From the NCBI GenBank assembly GCA_963664225.1, contig OY760937.1:224001-288000 (forward strand): a DNA stretch of 64,000 nt, read 5' to 3'. The notes under the pieces were generated by a model. That model saw only the letters and a program-made list of their open reading frames with translations, was not told where the DNA came from and searched no databases. The DNA is from Verrucomicrobiia bacterium. Lineage in GTDB: Bacteria; Verrucomicrobiota; Verrucomicrobiia; Limisphaerales; UBA1319. This document shows positions 1 through 9,603 of this stretch, one piece after another (the stretch's first letter is position 1; the number at the start of each line of letters is the position of its first letter). Position numbers and translations under genes: made by a program.

Positions 1-1134
1 AACGGCGTTCGCCTGGCCCCCAAGCGGTTTGCAGTGACGGCGGAGGAACTCAAAAAAGCCGCGCGCACCGTAAGCCCGGAGTTGAAGAAGGCGATCGGGT
101 TGTCAGCCCGGAACCTGGCCTCGTTCAGTCGGAAATCGTTGCGCAAAGGTTGGACCTCCCGCAACGCGCAGGGCGGGGTGGTGGGTGAAAAGTATGATGC
201 TTTCCAGCGCGTGGGCCTCTATATCCCGGGCGGCACGGCTCCCCTCGTTTCCACGGCGTTGATGACGATCACCCTGGCCAAGGTGGCCGGTTGTCCTGAG
301 ATCGTGGTTTGCACGCCATGCGACAAAAAGGGGGAGGTCAATCCCGGCTTGTTGTATGCGGCCCAGGTGGCGGGCGCCACGGAGATTTACCGCGTGGGCG
401 GCGCGCAGGCGATCGCCGCGATGGCGCTGGGGACCAAGTCGATCGCGCGAACTCAGAAGGTTTTCGGGCCGGGCAATGCCTATGTGGTGGCGGCCAAGCG
501 TTTGTTGTTTGGGTATGTGGCGATTGATCTCCTTCCAGGACCGAGCGAGGTGTTGATCCTGGCGGACGACTCGGCGCACCCGGCATTTATTGCCGCCGAT
601 TTACTGGCCCAGGCGGAGCATGGATCGGGTCACGAACGCATCTGGTTGGTGACGACCTCCACAAAACTGATGGCCGAGGTTGAAGCTCAAGTGAACCGCC
701 AATTGCCGCAATTATCCCGTCGCGATTTCATTGAAAAATCGCTCCACGAAAACGGCTGGCTGATTCAAGTCAAGAACCTTGAGGCCGGCATCGCCCTCGC
801 AAACAAACTGGCACCGGAACATTGCGAGATCATGACGCGCAATCCGGCCGCTGCGGCGAAGAAGTTGAAGACGTCCGGCGCGTTGTGTCTGGGGCACTTT
901 ACGCCCAACGTTCTGGGAGATTACCTGGCCGGGCCAAGCCATGTCCTGCCCACCGGAGGCGCGGGCGCGTCTTTTGCCGGACTGACGGTCGATCAATTCC
1001 AGCGGCGAACCAGCCTGATCGAATACAGCGCGGCGGCAGTTCGTAAATCGCTCCCCGCGTTGCGGGAATTTGCGAAAGTGGAGGGATTGGACGCGCACGG
1101 CATGTCGGCCGCCATTCGAGTGGAGGACAAATGA
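1..1134 (+). CDS. hisD: Histidinol dehydrogenase (5' end lies outside the window)
   Basis: Motifs GLYIPGG, GGAQAIAA, FGPGNAYV, GPSE, DLLAQAEH, APEH, GPSHVLPT, EGLDAH. The frame is open back to position 1. Confidence 0.97.
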   Translation, partial: NGVRLAPKRFAVTAEELKKAARTVSPELKKAIGLSARNLASFSRKSLRKGWTSRNAQGGVVGEKYDAFQRVGLYIPGGTAPLVSTALMTITLAKVAGCPEIVVCTPCDKKGEVNPGLLYAAQVAGATEIYRVGGAQAIAAMALGTKSIARTQKVFGPGNAYVVAAKRLLFGYVAIDLLPGPSEVLILADDSAHPAFIAADLLAQAEHGSGHERIWLVTTSTKLMAEVEAQVNRQLPQLSRRDFIEKSLHENGWLIQVKNLEAGIALANKLAPEHCEIMTRNPAAAAKKLKTSGALCLGHFTPNVLGDYLAGPSHVLPTGGAGASFAGLTVDQFQRRTSLIEYSAAAVRKSLPALREFAKVEGLDAHGMSAAIRVEDK

Positions 1135-2210
1135 AACTGATACGTCCTTTAGTCGCGCGGTTGCATCCTTATGTGCCTGGCGAGCAACCCAAAGTCAACC
1201 GGTTGACCAAACTCAACACCAACGAGAATCCCTATCCGCCGTCTCCAAAAGTGCTTGCGGCTGTTAGGAATGCGGTGGATGAGCGTTTGCGCCTTTATCC
1301 GCAGCCCACGTCCGATGCCCTTCGGGAAAAACTGGCTCGCATGCATAAGTGCCTGGTGGAGAACATTATAGTTGGCAATGGCTCCGACGAATTGCTGGCC
1401 ATGGCCGTCCGTTGCTTCTCCGAACCTGGCCAAAAGTCAAGCGATTCTTGCGTTCAATATCTATCGCCCTGCTACTCTCTCTATCCGGTGCTGGTGGCCA
1501 CGCACGGTTCGCATGTGAACGATGTCCCTCTGAATGAGGGATTTGCGCTTCCATCCACAGCGCAATTGCGCAAGGGTGGCAAGTGGGATTTTAATGCCGC
1601 CTTGACCTTTGTCACCACGCCCAATGCGCCGACCGGCACGGGCTATGCGCGTGAGGATCTGAAAAAGCTTTGCCGCGCCCAGAAGGGCGTAGTCGTTCTG
1701 GATGAGGCATATGTGGAATTTGGACGCGAAAATGCGCTAGAATTGGCGCTGGAGCTTCCGAATGTCTTGGTGGCGAGGACTTTCTCAAAGGCGTATTCAC
1801 TCTGTTTCCAGCGGGTGGGCTATGCCGTGGGACCTGCGAAGCTCATCGAGGCGCTGCACAAGATCAAGGACAGCTACAATGTGAATGGTCTGGGCCAGGT
1901 GGCCGCGTGCGCCACATTGGATGATCTGCCCTATTACCGAGCGTGTTTCAAGAAGGTGATCGCGACGCGCGAATGGCTTTCTAAGGCGTTGATGGAGTTG
2001 GGATTCGAAGTGTTCCCGAGCCAGACCAATTTTATTCTGGCACGTCCACCTGGACCGCCTGCGAAAGAGTGGCTGCAAAAGCTGCGGGACCGGAAGATAT
2101 TGGTGCGGTGGTTTGCGCTGCCCCAAGTGAGCGATTATCTGCGAATATCGATCGGGACGGACGCGGAAGCGCGGGCCTTGGTCAAGGCGGCGAAGTCCAT
2201 CATGGGCTGA
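1131..2210 (+). CDS. hisC: Histidinol-phosphate aminotransferase
   Basis: KLNTNENPY, GNGSDE, PNAPTG, DEAY and RTFSKAYSL (PLP lysine). Start overlaps the hisD stop (ATGA). Confidence 0.95.
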   Translation: MKLIRPLVARLHPYVPGEQPKVNRLTKLNTNENPYPPSPKVLAAVRNAVDERLRLYPQPTSDALREKLARMHKCLVENIIVGNGSDELLAMAVRCFSEPGQKSSDSCVQYLSPCYSLYPVLVATHGSHVNDVPLNEGFALPSTAQLRKGGKWDFNAALTFVTTPNAPTGTGYAREDLKKLCRAQKGVVVLDEAYVEFGRENALELALELPNVLVARTFSKAYSLCFQRVGYAVGPAKLIEALHKIKDSYNVNGLGQVAACATLDDLPYYRACFKKVIATREWLSKALMELGFEVFPSQTNFILARPPGPPAKEWLQKLRDRKILVRWFALPQVSDYLRISIGTDAEARALVKAAKSIMG

Positions 2211-2300
2211 CTTTTCTTAGGGTTCAGCCGAAAAGAATTCATCCTGCCGGGCCACCATTTATCTTTTCTAAAGCAATGGCTTAGGCTATATGGAGTTTTC

Positions 2301-3116
2301 GTGTACCTGGAATATTATGGTCTGAAAGAACCGCCATTTGACATCACGCCAAATCCGCGCTTCTTGTATTTCAGCGGGAAACATAGGGAGGCGTTCAACC
2401 ATCTTTTGTATGGGATTCGCGAGCGCAAGGGTTTCGTGCAGTTGACCGGCGAGGTGGGTTGTGGGAAGACAACCATCTGCCGGGCGTTGCTCGAACAACT
2501 TGGACCCACTTTTTCCACCGCCCTGATCCTCAACCCGGTCCTGAGCCCCGATCAACTGATGAAGGCCATTGCCATGGAGTTTGGGCTGGCCGTCAAAGGG
2601 ATGGACGGGCTTGAGTCACTGGCTCTGATGAATCAGTTTCTGTTGGAGCAAAGCGAGAAGGGCAAGGACGTCGTACTGATCATCGACGAAGCCCAGGATT
2701 TGACGGATGAACTTCTGGAGCAGGTCCGATTATTATCCAACCTGGAAACGGACGATTGCAAATTGCTTCAGATCGTATTGATGGGCCAGCCTGAGTTGCG
2801 GCATCGTCTTAATAATCACCGCCTGAGGCAATTGCGTCAGCGGATCACGGTGCGTTACCATTTGACGCCGCTTTCGCGTCCGGAGATGACCCAGTATATT
2901 CAGCACCGGCTTCAGGTGTCCGGTTCCCGAGGGGCCCCCTATTTTTCGCAGTGGGCGCTCTGGAGGATTCATCGGTATAGCCAGGGCATACCGCGTCTGA
3001 TCAACGCGTTATGCGACAAGAGTCTTTTGGCGGGATATGTGCGCCAGGCCGACCGGATCGATTTTCGGACGGTTGGGCTGGCCATTCGTGAACTGGAAGG
3101 TAAATTCAACTCGTGA
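2301..3116 (+). CDS. ExeA/GspA-family AAA secretion ATPase (short form, no peptidoglycan-binding domain)
   Basis: N-terminal YGLKEPPFDITPNPRFLY, Walker A GEVGCGKT, Walker B IIDEAQ, LMGQPEL, GIPRLINALCD. Confidence 0.9.
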   Translation: MYLEYYGLKEPPFDITPNPRFLYFSGKHREAFNHLLYGIRERKGFVQLTGEVGCGKTTICRALLEQLGPTFSTALILNPVLSPDQLMKAIAMEFGLAVKGMDGLESLALMNQFLLEQSEKGKDVVLIIDEAQDLTDELLEQVRLLSNLETDDCKLLQIVLMGQPELRHRLNNHRLRQLRQRITVRYHLTPLSRPEMTQYIQHRLQVSGSRGAPYFSQWALWRIHRYSQGIPRLINALCDKSLLAGYVRQADRIDFRTVGLAIRELEGKFNS

Positions 3117-3817
3117 GCCTTATAAACGACGCCTTGAAACGGGCCAACCAGACGCGCAAAGAGCAAGCGCCCGGTGCGCCGAGCGGTCCTGTGATGCAGC
3201 CGCAGGCTACGCCGAGCCGAGCCTGGTCCTTGTCGCTGGCGCCGATTCTTTTTATTGGAATCTTGGTGATGTTTCTGGCGGGACTGGGAACGCTGCTCCT
3301 GATTCGCGGGATAAAAACCATTCAACCGGCTGCGGATACCAATCAAGTGGCACAGCCTGTGGCGTTGCCCATGACTGCGCAGCCTGCGCCTGTGCCGCCA
3401 GTACCCTTGGCGGCTCCCACGCCCCAGCCCGTTCCACAACCCGTAGTGGCCGTAACGCGTCCTTCAAGGCCCATCGTTAATACCAATGTCGTGGTCACCA
3501 TCCCGATGCGCGGAACAATCGGCCAGGCAACGGTGGGGGGGAAAAGTCCTGTGGATCCGGTCGCAGCCAAGCCCGAGGCACTCGCGACGGCCAAGGTTGA
3601 AAAAGCGACCGACGCGGCCCAAGAGAATACGGACATGGCACCGCTGAATTTGAAGCTTCAAGGCATTTATTATCGCCGGACCAATCCTTCGACCATGATC
3701 AATGGGCGCAGCGTGTTTGTGGGTGATGAGGTGGGCGGCGCCCGGGTGGTTGCGATTGAACGCACCAGCGTGGTGGTTGAAGTCAATGGTCAAAAACAGG
3801 TGCTGCACCTCCCGTGA
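3113..3817 (+). CDS. GspB/ExeB-like single-pass membrane protein
   Basis: MSLINDALKRA start typical of GspB-like proteins, one TM helix, Pro-rich linker, and C-terminal LQGIYY...MINGRSVFVGDEVGGARVVAIE domain. Coupled to the ExeA-like gene. Confidence 0.75.
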   Translation: MSLINDALKRANQTRKEQAPGAPSGPVMQPQATPSRAWSLSLAPILFIGILVMFLAGLGTLLLIRGIKTIQPAADTNQVAQPVALPMTAQPAPVPPVPLAAPTPQPVPQPVVAVTRPSRPIVNTNVVVTIPMRGTIGQATVGGKSPVDPVAAKPEALATAKVEKATDAAQENTDMAPLNLKLQGIYYRRTNPSTMINGRSVFVGDEVGGARVVAIERTSVVVEVNGQKQVLHLP

Positions 3818-4548
3818 GCCAGGATCTGCTGAATAAGGCCGTACGGAATCCGACTCTGGTACGCGTACTTCCATTCGTGGTGTTTCTGGCGCTCACCTAT
3901 TTTCAAGGCCAGTTTGGAGTCTCCTCCCAGTATTGGTTCTACGGCGCCAAGACCGTGGTTTGCGGTCTTATGGTATGGGCATTGCGACCATGGATTGCGG
4001 AGATGAAATGGAAGTTCACTCCGGAGGCGGTCCTTGTAGGTGTCGGGGTTTTGATCATGTGGGTGGGAATTGATACCTGGTATCCCCATTTGGACGCGGT
4101 GATGGATCAATACGTCAATCCGCTTTTTTCCCGATTAGGATTCAAGACGGGAGCGGTGAAGCCTCCAACGGTCTGGAATCCGCACCTGGTTTTTGGTGAG
4201 GGCACGGCGCTGGCATGGTCGTTTGTCGTCATTCGAATTTTAGGGTCCACCCTGGTCGTTCCGCCTTTGGAAGAAGTATTTTATCGGTCGTTCTTGTACC
4301 GGTATGTTGCCCGGCCTGACTTTCAAGAGGCGTCTTACGGGGTGTTTCTGTGGGGGCCTTTTTTAATCACCGCGCTGCTTTTCGGTTTCACACACAATCA
4401 ATGGCTGGCGGGGATTTTGTGCGGATTTGCCTTTCAAGGGCTGGTCATTTGGAAGGGACGTCTGGACGATGCCATCGCGGCGCACGCCATCACAAATTTT
4501 CTGCTGGGACTCTGGGTGATCTGGAAAGGGGCCTGGCAATTCTGGTAA
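3814..4548 (+). CDS. CPBP (Abi/CAAX prenyl protease-related) intramembrane protease
   Basis: PPLEEVFYRSFL, LFGFTH and AHAITN motifs; multiple TM helices. Confidence 0.9.
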   Translation: MSQDLLNKAVRNPTLVRVLPFVVFLALTYFQGQFGVSSQYWFYGAKTVVCGLMVWALRPWIAEMKWKFTPEAVLVGVGVLIMWVGIDTWYPHLDAVMDQYVNPLFSRLGFKTGAVKPPTVWNPHLVFGEGTALAWSFVVIRILGSTLVVPPLEEVFYRSFLYRYVARPDFQEASYGVFLWGPFLITALLFGFTHNQWLAGILCGFAFQGLVIWKGRLDDAIAAHAITNFLLGLWVIWKGAWQFW

Positions 4549-4591
4549 CATTGGACGATCGGGAACTTCAAGACGCCTATTCATTCCGTTC

Positions 4592-6202
4592 ATGGCCACT
4601 GAACCGCTCACAATGACTCCCTGCGTGCTCTTCGAGGACGAAGACCTGCTCGTGGTCTGCAAGCCGGCCGGCATGAACACCCACGCGCCCAGTCCCCATG
4701 CGGGAGAGGGGATTTACGAATGGTTGCGGCATCGGGAGCCGCGGTGGGCGCATTTGGCTATCATTCATCGTCTGGACAAGGACACCTCCGGTGTGATGGT
4801 CTTTGCCAAATCAGCCAAGGCCAATCGATCACTGACAGAGCAGTTCACGAAACGTATGGTGCGAAAAAAATACGTTTTGATGACTGACCGAAAAACGTCC
4901 GTGGGTGAAATGACCGTGGAATCGGATTTGGTTCGAGCGGGGGATAAATATAGAAGTCAACCGGGTGCTGTCAGCGGCAACCATGCGGTGACGCAGTTCA
5001 AGCGAACCGGTGTGGAGGCGGGCGGAACTTCATTTGAGGCCACGCCGTTGACGGGGCGGACGCATCAGATTCGCGTTCATGCCGCGGAAAACGGTTTTCC
5101 CATCCTTGGCGACATGTTGTATGGGGGAACACCATCCAATCGCCTGTATTTGCACGCGGAGGAGCTTTCGTTTCAACATCCGACGAGCGGCGAAAATGTG
5201 CATTTTCAAGCCCCACCCCAATTTGAGATCGAGGCATGGGTGGGGCTGCGGGCGGCGTTCGTGGACTCCACCACTACCGATGCTTATCGTTTGATTCATG
5301 GCGCCGCGGATGGCTTTCCGGGGCTTTATGTGGACGTGCTTGGCCAATATGCGCTGGCACAATCGGATCGGTCCTTGAGTGAACCTCAGCTAAAAGTCCT
5401 CGAAAGCATTGTTCAACAGCGAGGGCTTTTGGGCGCCTATTTCAAGCTGCTCAACCGGCACGTCCGACAGTCGGGAACGGCCCAGGCCTCGCCGGAAAAG
5501 GTCATGGGCGAACCCGCGCCGGAGGAATTTGAGATCCGTGAAAACGGATTGCGCTTCGCATTGCGTTTTGGAGAGGGTTACTCGGTGGGGTTGTTCCTGG
5601 ACCAGCGGGAAAACCGGCGGCGGTTTTTGACGGGGCATGTGGCTGCGCAGTTTCCACTTCTGAGGCCGGGCACCGAGCGGGCCGAGGTTCTCAACACGTT
5701 TGCCTATACCTGTGGATTTTCGGTGGCTGCGGCCGAAGCGGGGGCGCATGTGACGAGTGTGGATCTTTCCGCCAAATACCTGGATTGGGGTCGGCGGAAT
5801 TTCCAGATCAACGGGATCGATCCCGCCGCGCATGAATTTCTAAGCGGAGATGTGTTCGATTGGTTGAAGCGCCTGCGCAAAAAACAACGGTCCTACGATA
5901 TCGTGGTGCTGGATCCGCCGACCTTTTCGACTTCGAAAGTGAGCGGAACGTTTCGTGTGGAACAGGACTTTGGACGGTTGACGCAAACGGCCCTGGAGGT
6001 ATTGAAGCCCGGCGGCGTTCTGCTGGCCTGCACCAACACCGCGCGGCTGGATGCGGAGACATTCCTGACGGCGGTGGAAGGCGCGGCTTCGGCTTGCGGG
6101 CGACGGGTTCGCCAGAGACACTATGTGCCGCAGCCTCCCGATTTTCCGGTGGCGAAAACGGAGCCGGCTTATCTAAAAACGGTATGGATGCGAATCGATT
6201 GA
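4592..6202 (+). CDS. Fusion of RluA-family pseudouridine synthase and RlmI/RlmK-like SAM-dependent rRNA methyltransferase
   Basis: N-half: KPAG, HRLDKDTSG, GRTHQIRVH, PILGD, LHA. C-half: AYRLIHG..DGFPGL, GLFLDQRENR, LNTFAYT, DPPTF. Confidence 0.88.
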   Translation: MATEPLTMTPCVLFEDEDLLVVCKPAGMNTHAPSPHAGEGIYEWLRHREPRWAHLAIIHRLDKDTSGVMVFAKSAKANRSLTEQFTKRMVRKKYVLMTDRKTSVGEMTVESDLVRAGDKYRSQPGAVSGNHAVTQFKRTGVEAGGTSFEATPLTGRTHQIRVHAAENGFPILGDMLYGGTPSNRLYLHAEELSFQHPTSGENVHFQAPPQFEIEAWVGLRAAFVDSTTTDAYRLIHGAADGFPGLYVDVLGQYALAQSDRSLSEPQLKVLESIVQQRGLLGAYFKLLNRHVRQSGTAQASPEKVMGEPAPEEFEIRENGLRFALRFGEGYSVGLFLDQRENRRRFLTGHVAAQFPLLRPGTERAEVLNTFAYTCGFSVAAAEAGAHVTSVDLSAKYLDWGRRNFQINGIDPAAHEFLSGDVFDWLKRLRKKQRSYDIVVLDPPTFSTSKVSGTFRVEQDFGRLTQTALEVLKPGGVLLACTNTARLDAETFLTAVEGAASACGRRVRQRHYVPQPPDFPVAKTEPAYLKTVWMRID

Positions 6203-6603
6203 ACACGGATCCCAAGGCGGGCGGAACTGAGCCGGCGCAGCACCTGCGCATCGACAAATGGTTATGGGCGGTCCGGGTCTATAAGACGCGGACATTAGCT
6301 GCGGAGGCCTGTCGAGGGGGGCATGTCAAAATTGGAGGAGACGCCGTCAAGGCTTCACGGGAAATCCATATTGGCGAAACCATCGAAGCCCGCGCCGGAG
6401 TGGTGAATCGCACGGTCAAAGTGCTGGGATTGCTTGAGAAACGGATGGGCGCGGCAGCGGTCAAGGCGTTCATGGAGGATTTGACGCCACCGGAAGAATA
6501 CCAAAAGGCGCGGGAGGCGGCGATGCAGCCGGTGTTTATCCGCCCGCGGGGAGCAGGCCGACCGACCAAGAAGGATCGAAGGGATATCGAGAAATTACTT
6601 TAA
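6199..6603 (+). CDS. hslR: S4-domain ribosome-associated heat shock protein Hsp15
   Basis: RIDKWLWAVRVYKTRTLA and GRPTKKDRR. A TTG start at 6199 overlapping the upstream stop is more plausible than the 5860 start in the track. Confidence 0.88.
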   Translation: MNTDPKAGGTEPAQHLRIDKWLWAVRVYKTRTLAAEACRGGHVKIGGDAVKASREIHIGETIEARAGVVNRTVKVLGLLEKRMGAAAVKAFMEDLTPPEEYQKAREAAMQPVFIRPRGAGRPTKKDRRDIEKLL

Positions 6604-6614
6604 CAGCCAAACAC

Positions 6615-8573
6615 ATGGTTAATACCGAGCTTCCCAACGCGCCCAAGGGGCAAACCGTTCCAGATATCGCCCACGGCCCTGGTCTAAATTCAGACGATGA
6701 CCGGTTGCTTATCGAGCCGTTCAAGGGCACGCCTGAGGAAATTGAGCGCCAATGGTTTGAGCAAGTGTATCTGGCGCGCGGACGCGGAATGCGTCAGTTG
6801 ACGTTTCGGGCTGTGATGATGGGGTCGCTGCTGGGCGGGATTCTCTCGTTGACGAATTTGTATATTGGATTGAAGACGGGGTGGAACTTCGGCGTGGCCA
6901 TCACGGCGTGCATCATGTCTTACGCCATCTGGACGGTGCTTTTAAAAATCCGTCTTGCGAGAACCCCCATGACGATTCTGGAGAATAACTGCATGCAGTC
7001 CACTGCCAGTTGTGCCGGTTATTCGACTGGTGGCACCCTGACCTGCGCCTTTGCCGCATACATCATGCTCACGGGGAATTCCCTGCCGGTGCCGATTTTG
7101 CTGGGTTGGGTGTTTTTTCTGGCCGTGCTGGGCGTCACCATGGCGATTCCGATGAAGCGGCAAATGATCAATGTGGAGCAATTGCGTTTTCCCAGCGGGC
7201 TGGCCGCCGCGGAGACCTTGCGAGCTTTGCATGCGCATGGGGAGGGTGGAATGCGCGCGGCCAGAGCCTTGGGATGGTCCGGGCTAATCGCCGCGGCGAA
7301 CAACTTCTGGATGGATGGATTCAAATTGATCAGCACAAAACTGGAACCTTATTCCCTGAGTGCGTTGATCACGAAGGGCAATGAGGCGCTGATTGGCAAA
7401 ACATGGATGGGAAGGACAGTTCTCTTTTCATGGGACCCGGTTTTCATTGCCGCTGGCGCCATCTCGGGGATTCGGGTTGGCGTGAGCATGCTTGTGGGAG
7501 GCACGTTGTGCTGGATGGTTTTTGTGCCCTTGCTCGAAAGAAACGGGATCACCACGGCCACGGGATTTCGAGATCTCGTTCAGTGGACGCTATGGGGCGG
7601 CACGGCCTGCATGGTCACATCGGGCTTGATGTCATTCGTGCTGCAATGGCGGAGCGCGGTGCGGGCGTTTGCGAATCTGGGTGGAATGTTAAAGCGGCGG
7701 AAACCCAGCAAGTTGAATTCGATGGAAGAGATCGAGGTGCCGGGGTCCTGGTTTATATTCGGCCAACTTTTTGCGTTGATTGGGATCGCCATTCTGGCCC
7801 ATCACACCTTTCAAATGCCCTACTGGCAGACCGCGCTGGCGGTGGTGCTGTCGTTTGGCCTAGCCCTTGTGGCCTGCCGGGTGACCGGCGAGACCGACTT
7901 CACGCCCATGGGAGCGATGGGGAAAGTTGCACAGTTGATTTTTGGAGGAGTGAATCCGGGCAATGCCGCGATCAATTTAATGGCGGGCAACATCGCAGCG
8001 GGAGCAGCTACTTCATCTGCGGACCTGTTGACCGATTTAAAGAGCGGATATCTGCTCGGAGCGCATCCGCGGAAGCAATTCCTGGCCCAATTCGCCGGAA
8101 TATTCATCGGAACGATCGTCACTGTGCTTTGTTTCAGAATTCTGGTTCCAGACGCAACGAGGCTGGGTACAGACCAGTTTCCAGCGCCCTCGGCCCAGAC
8201 ATGGAAGGCCGTGGCCGAAGTATTGAGCAACGGCATCGCCACATTAGGGCCGATCAAGGCCTGGTCTTTGGCCATTGGAGCGCTTTTGGGTGTGCTGTTT
8301 CCACTGTTGGCGGTGTGTTTTCCCCGTCATGAAAGATACGTTCCATCTGCTGCTGCCTTTGGGTTGGCCTGGACATTTCCCTGGTATTACAGCCTGCTGT
8401 TTTTCCTCGGAGGCTTGATGGTGTGGGCATTTGAAAAAGGACGGCCCAAGCTCGCCCGGGATTTTACCTTCCCTGTGGCTTCGGGCGTGATCGCCGGTGG
8501 CTCGCTGATGGGCGTATTTCTGATTTTCTGGGAAAACGGCTGGGAGATGATCAAAAAAATGCTCGGCATGTGA
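6615..8573 (+). CDS. OPT-family oligopeptide/metal-chelate transporter
   Basis: LYIGLKTG, ENNCMQSTAS, LRFPSG, GETD, DLKSGYL, FPAPSA, SGVIAG; many TM segments. Confidence 0.93.
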   Translation: MVNTELPNAPKGQTVPDIAHGPGLNSDDDRLLIEPFKGTPEEIERQWFEQVYLARGRGMRQLTFRAVMMGSLLGGILSLTNLYIGLKTGWNFGVAITACIMSYAIWTVLLKIRLARTPMTILENNCMQSTASCAGYSTGGTLTCAFAAYIMLTGNSLPVPILLGWVFFLAVLGVTMAIPMKRQMINVEQLRFPSGLAAAETLRALHAHGEGGMRAARALGWSGLIAAANNFWMDGFKLISTKLEPYSLSALITKGNEALIGKTWMGRTVLFSWDPVFIAAGAISGIRVGVSMLVGGTLCWMVFVPLLERNGITTATGFRDLVQWTLWGGTACMVTSGLMSFVLQWRSAVRAFANLGGMLKRRKPSKLNSMEEIEVPGSWFIFGQLFALIGIAILAHHTFQMPYWQTALAVVLSFGLALVACRVTGETDFTPMGAMGKVAQLIFGGVNPGNAAINLMAGNIAAGAATSSADLLTDLKSGYLLGAHPRKQFLAQFAGIFIGTIVTVLCFRILVPDATRLGTDQFPAPSAQTWKAVAEVLSNGIATLGPIKAWSLAIGALLGVLFPLLAVCFPRHERYVPSAAAFGLAWTFPWYYSLLFFLGGLMVWAFEKGRPKLARDFTFPVASGVIAGGSLMGVFLIFWENGWEMIKKMLGM

Positions 8574-8593
8574 CGTCCGGGCGGATTGGCACG

Positions 8594-9448
8594 TCAGGAC
8601 GCGGTGCGCAAATCGTGGATGAGGAAACTCATATCCGGGTAACGTTTCTCCGGATCTCGTTCCAGACAACGCACGATGACTTTTTCGACTCCAACAGATA
8701 GGTCGGGGTTGCGTTCGCGTGGAGGCATGTATTCATGGCTCCAATCGGTTTGTTTGCGAACGATATCTTCGGTGGTATCGCCAATGAATGGGCGTGAGCG
8801 GGTGACTAATTCGTAGGCCACGACCCCCCAGGCAAAGATGTCGGCCCGGTGATCCACAGCCTGATGGAGCAGGCGTTCCGGTGACATGTAGGCCGGAGTT
8901 CCGGCATATTTCCAAAGTTTTTCGGGCTGTTTGGGGCGGGGCAGGGCCAGATCGAAATCGACGAGCCGCAACTGGCCATTGCGCGTCAAAATGACATTCT
9001 CCGGCTTGAAATCCAGATGCATGAAACCGCTGTCGTGAACGTGGACCAAGGCCTGGGCCATGTCGTCCAGAATGGTCCAGACGTTGTCCACCAGGATGGG
9101 GTCGTTGCGGTTGAACATTTCGCGCATGTTCGCCCCTTCGACGTACTCCATCTGGAGGTAGAGGTAACCATTGATCTTGCCGTGGTTATAATAGCCGATG
9201 ACCTGATTATGGTTGTGGATTTTGGAGAGGATTTCGCAACCGCGCACGAACCGGCGCTTGGCAGTAAAATCGTAACGCAAATGCCTGTGCATCAATCGGA
9301 GCGCGCATGGCTCTTCCTTTTGGTTGCTGGCCAGCCACAGATCGGCCATTCCGCCGCTGTTAATCAACTCGTGCAACCTGAAAGGCCCAAACGGTCCGGC
9401 TTCAGGCCGGCTATGATCGTCTGACTTTATTCCGTCGAATAATCCCAT
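8594..9448 (-). CDS. Hanks-type Ser/Thr protein kinase domain protein with atypical catalytic motifs
   Basis: SGGMA, MEYVEG, HLDFKPEN, DFD, GTPAYMSPE, DIFAWG, DPEKRY. Confidence 0.88.
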   Translation of the reverse strand: MGLFDGIKSDDHSRPEAGPFGPFRLHELINSGGMADLWLASNQKEEPCALRLMHRHLRYDFTAKRRFVRGCEILSKIHNHNQVIGYYNHGKINGYLYLQMEYVEGANMREMFNRNDPILVDNVWTILDDMAQALVHVHDSGFMHLDFKPENVILTRNGQLRLVDFDLALPRPKQPEKLWKYAGTPAYMSPERLLHQAVDHRADIFAWGVVAYELVTRSRPFIGDTTEDIVRKQTDWSHEYMPPRERNPDLSVGVEKVIVRCLERDPEKRYPDMSFLIHDLRTAS

Positions 9449-9603
9449 AATCCGCAGATTCGGTGGCTTGATTTAGCATGAAGGCCCGCCAAGTGCCACA
9501 GTAAATTGATTTTACCATCAGGGATGAAAACACCCGAGTTGTCTTTTTGCCTTGCAACGAAAGTATCCTGACTAAAAGCTGGTAGAAAATCGTCCAAATA
9601 AGA

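Noticed and set aside
5860..6198. N-terminal extension of the Hsp15 ORF (similar extensions on rlmN, ftsY, ribD, lysE and pssA)
   Set aside because: Each overlaps the upstream gene and lacks family similarity; downstream starts fit the family length.
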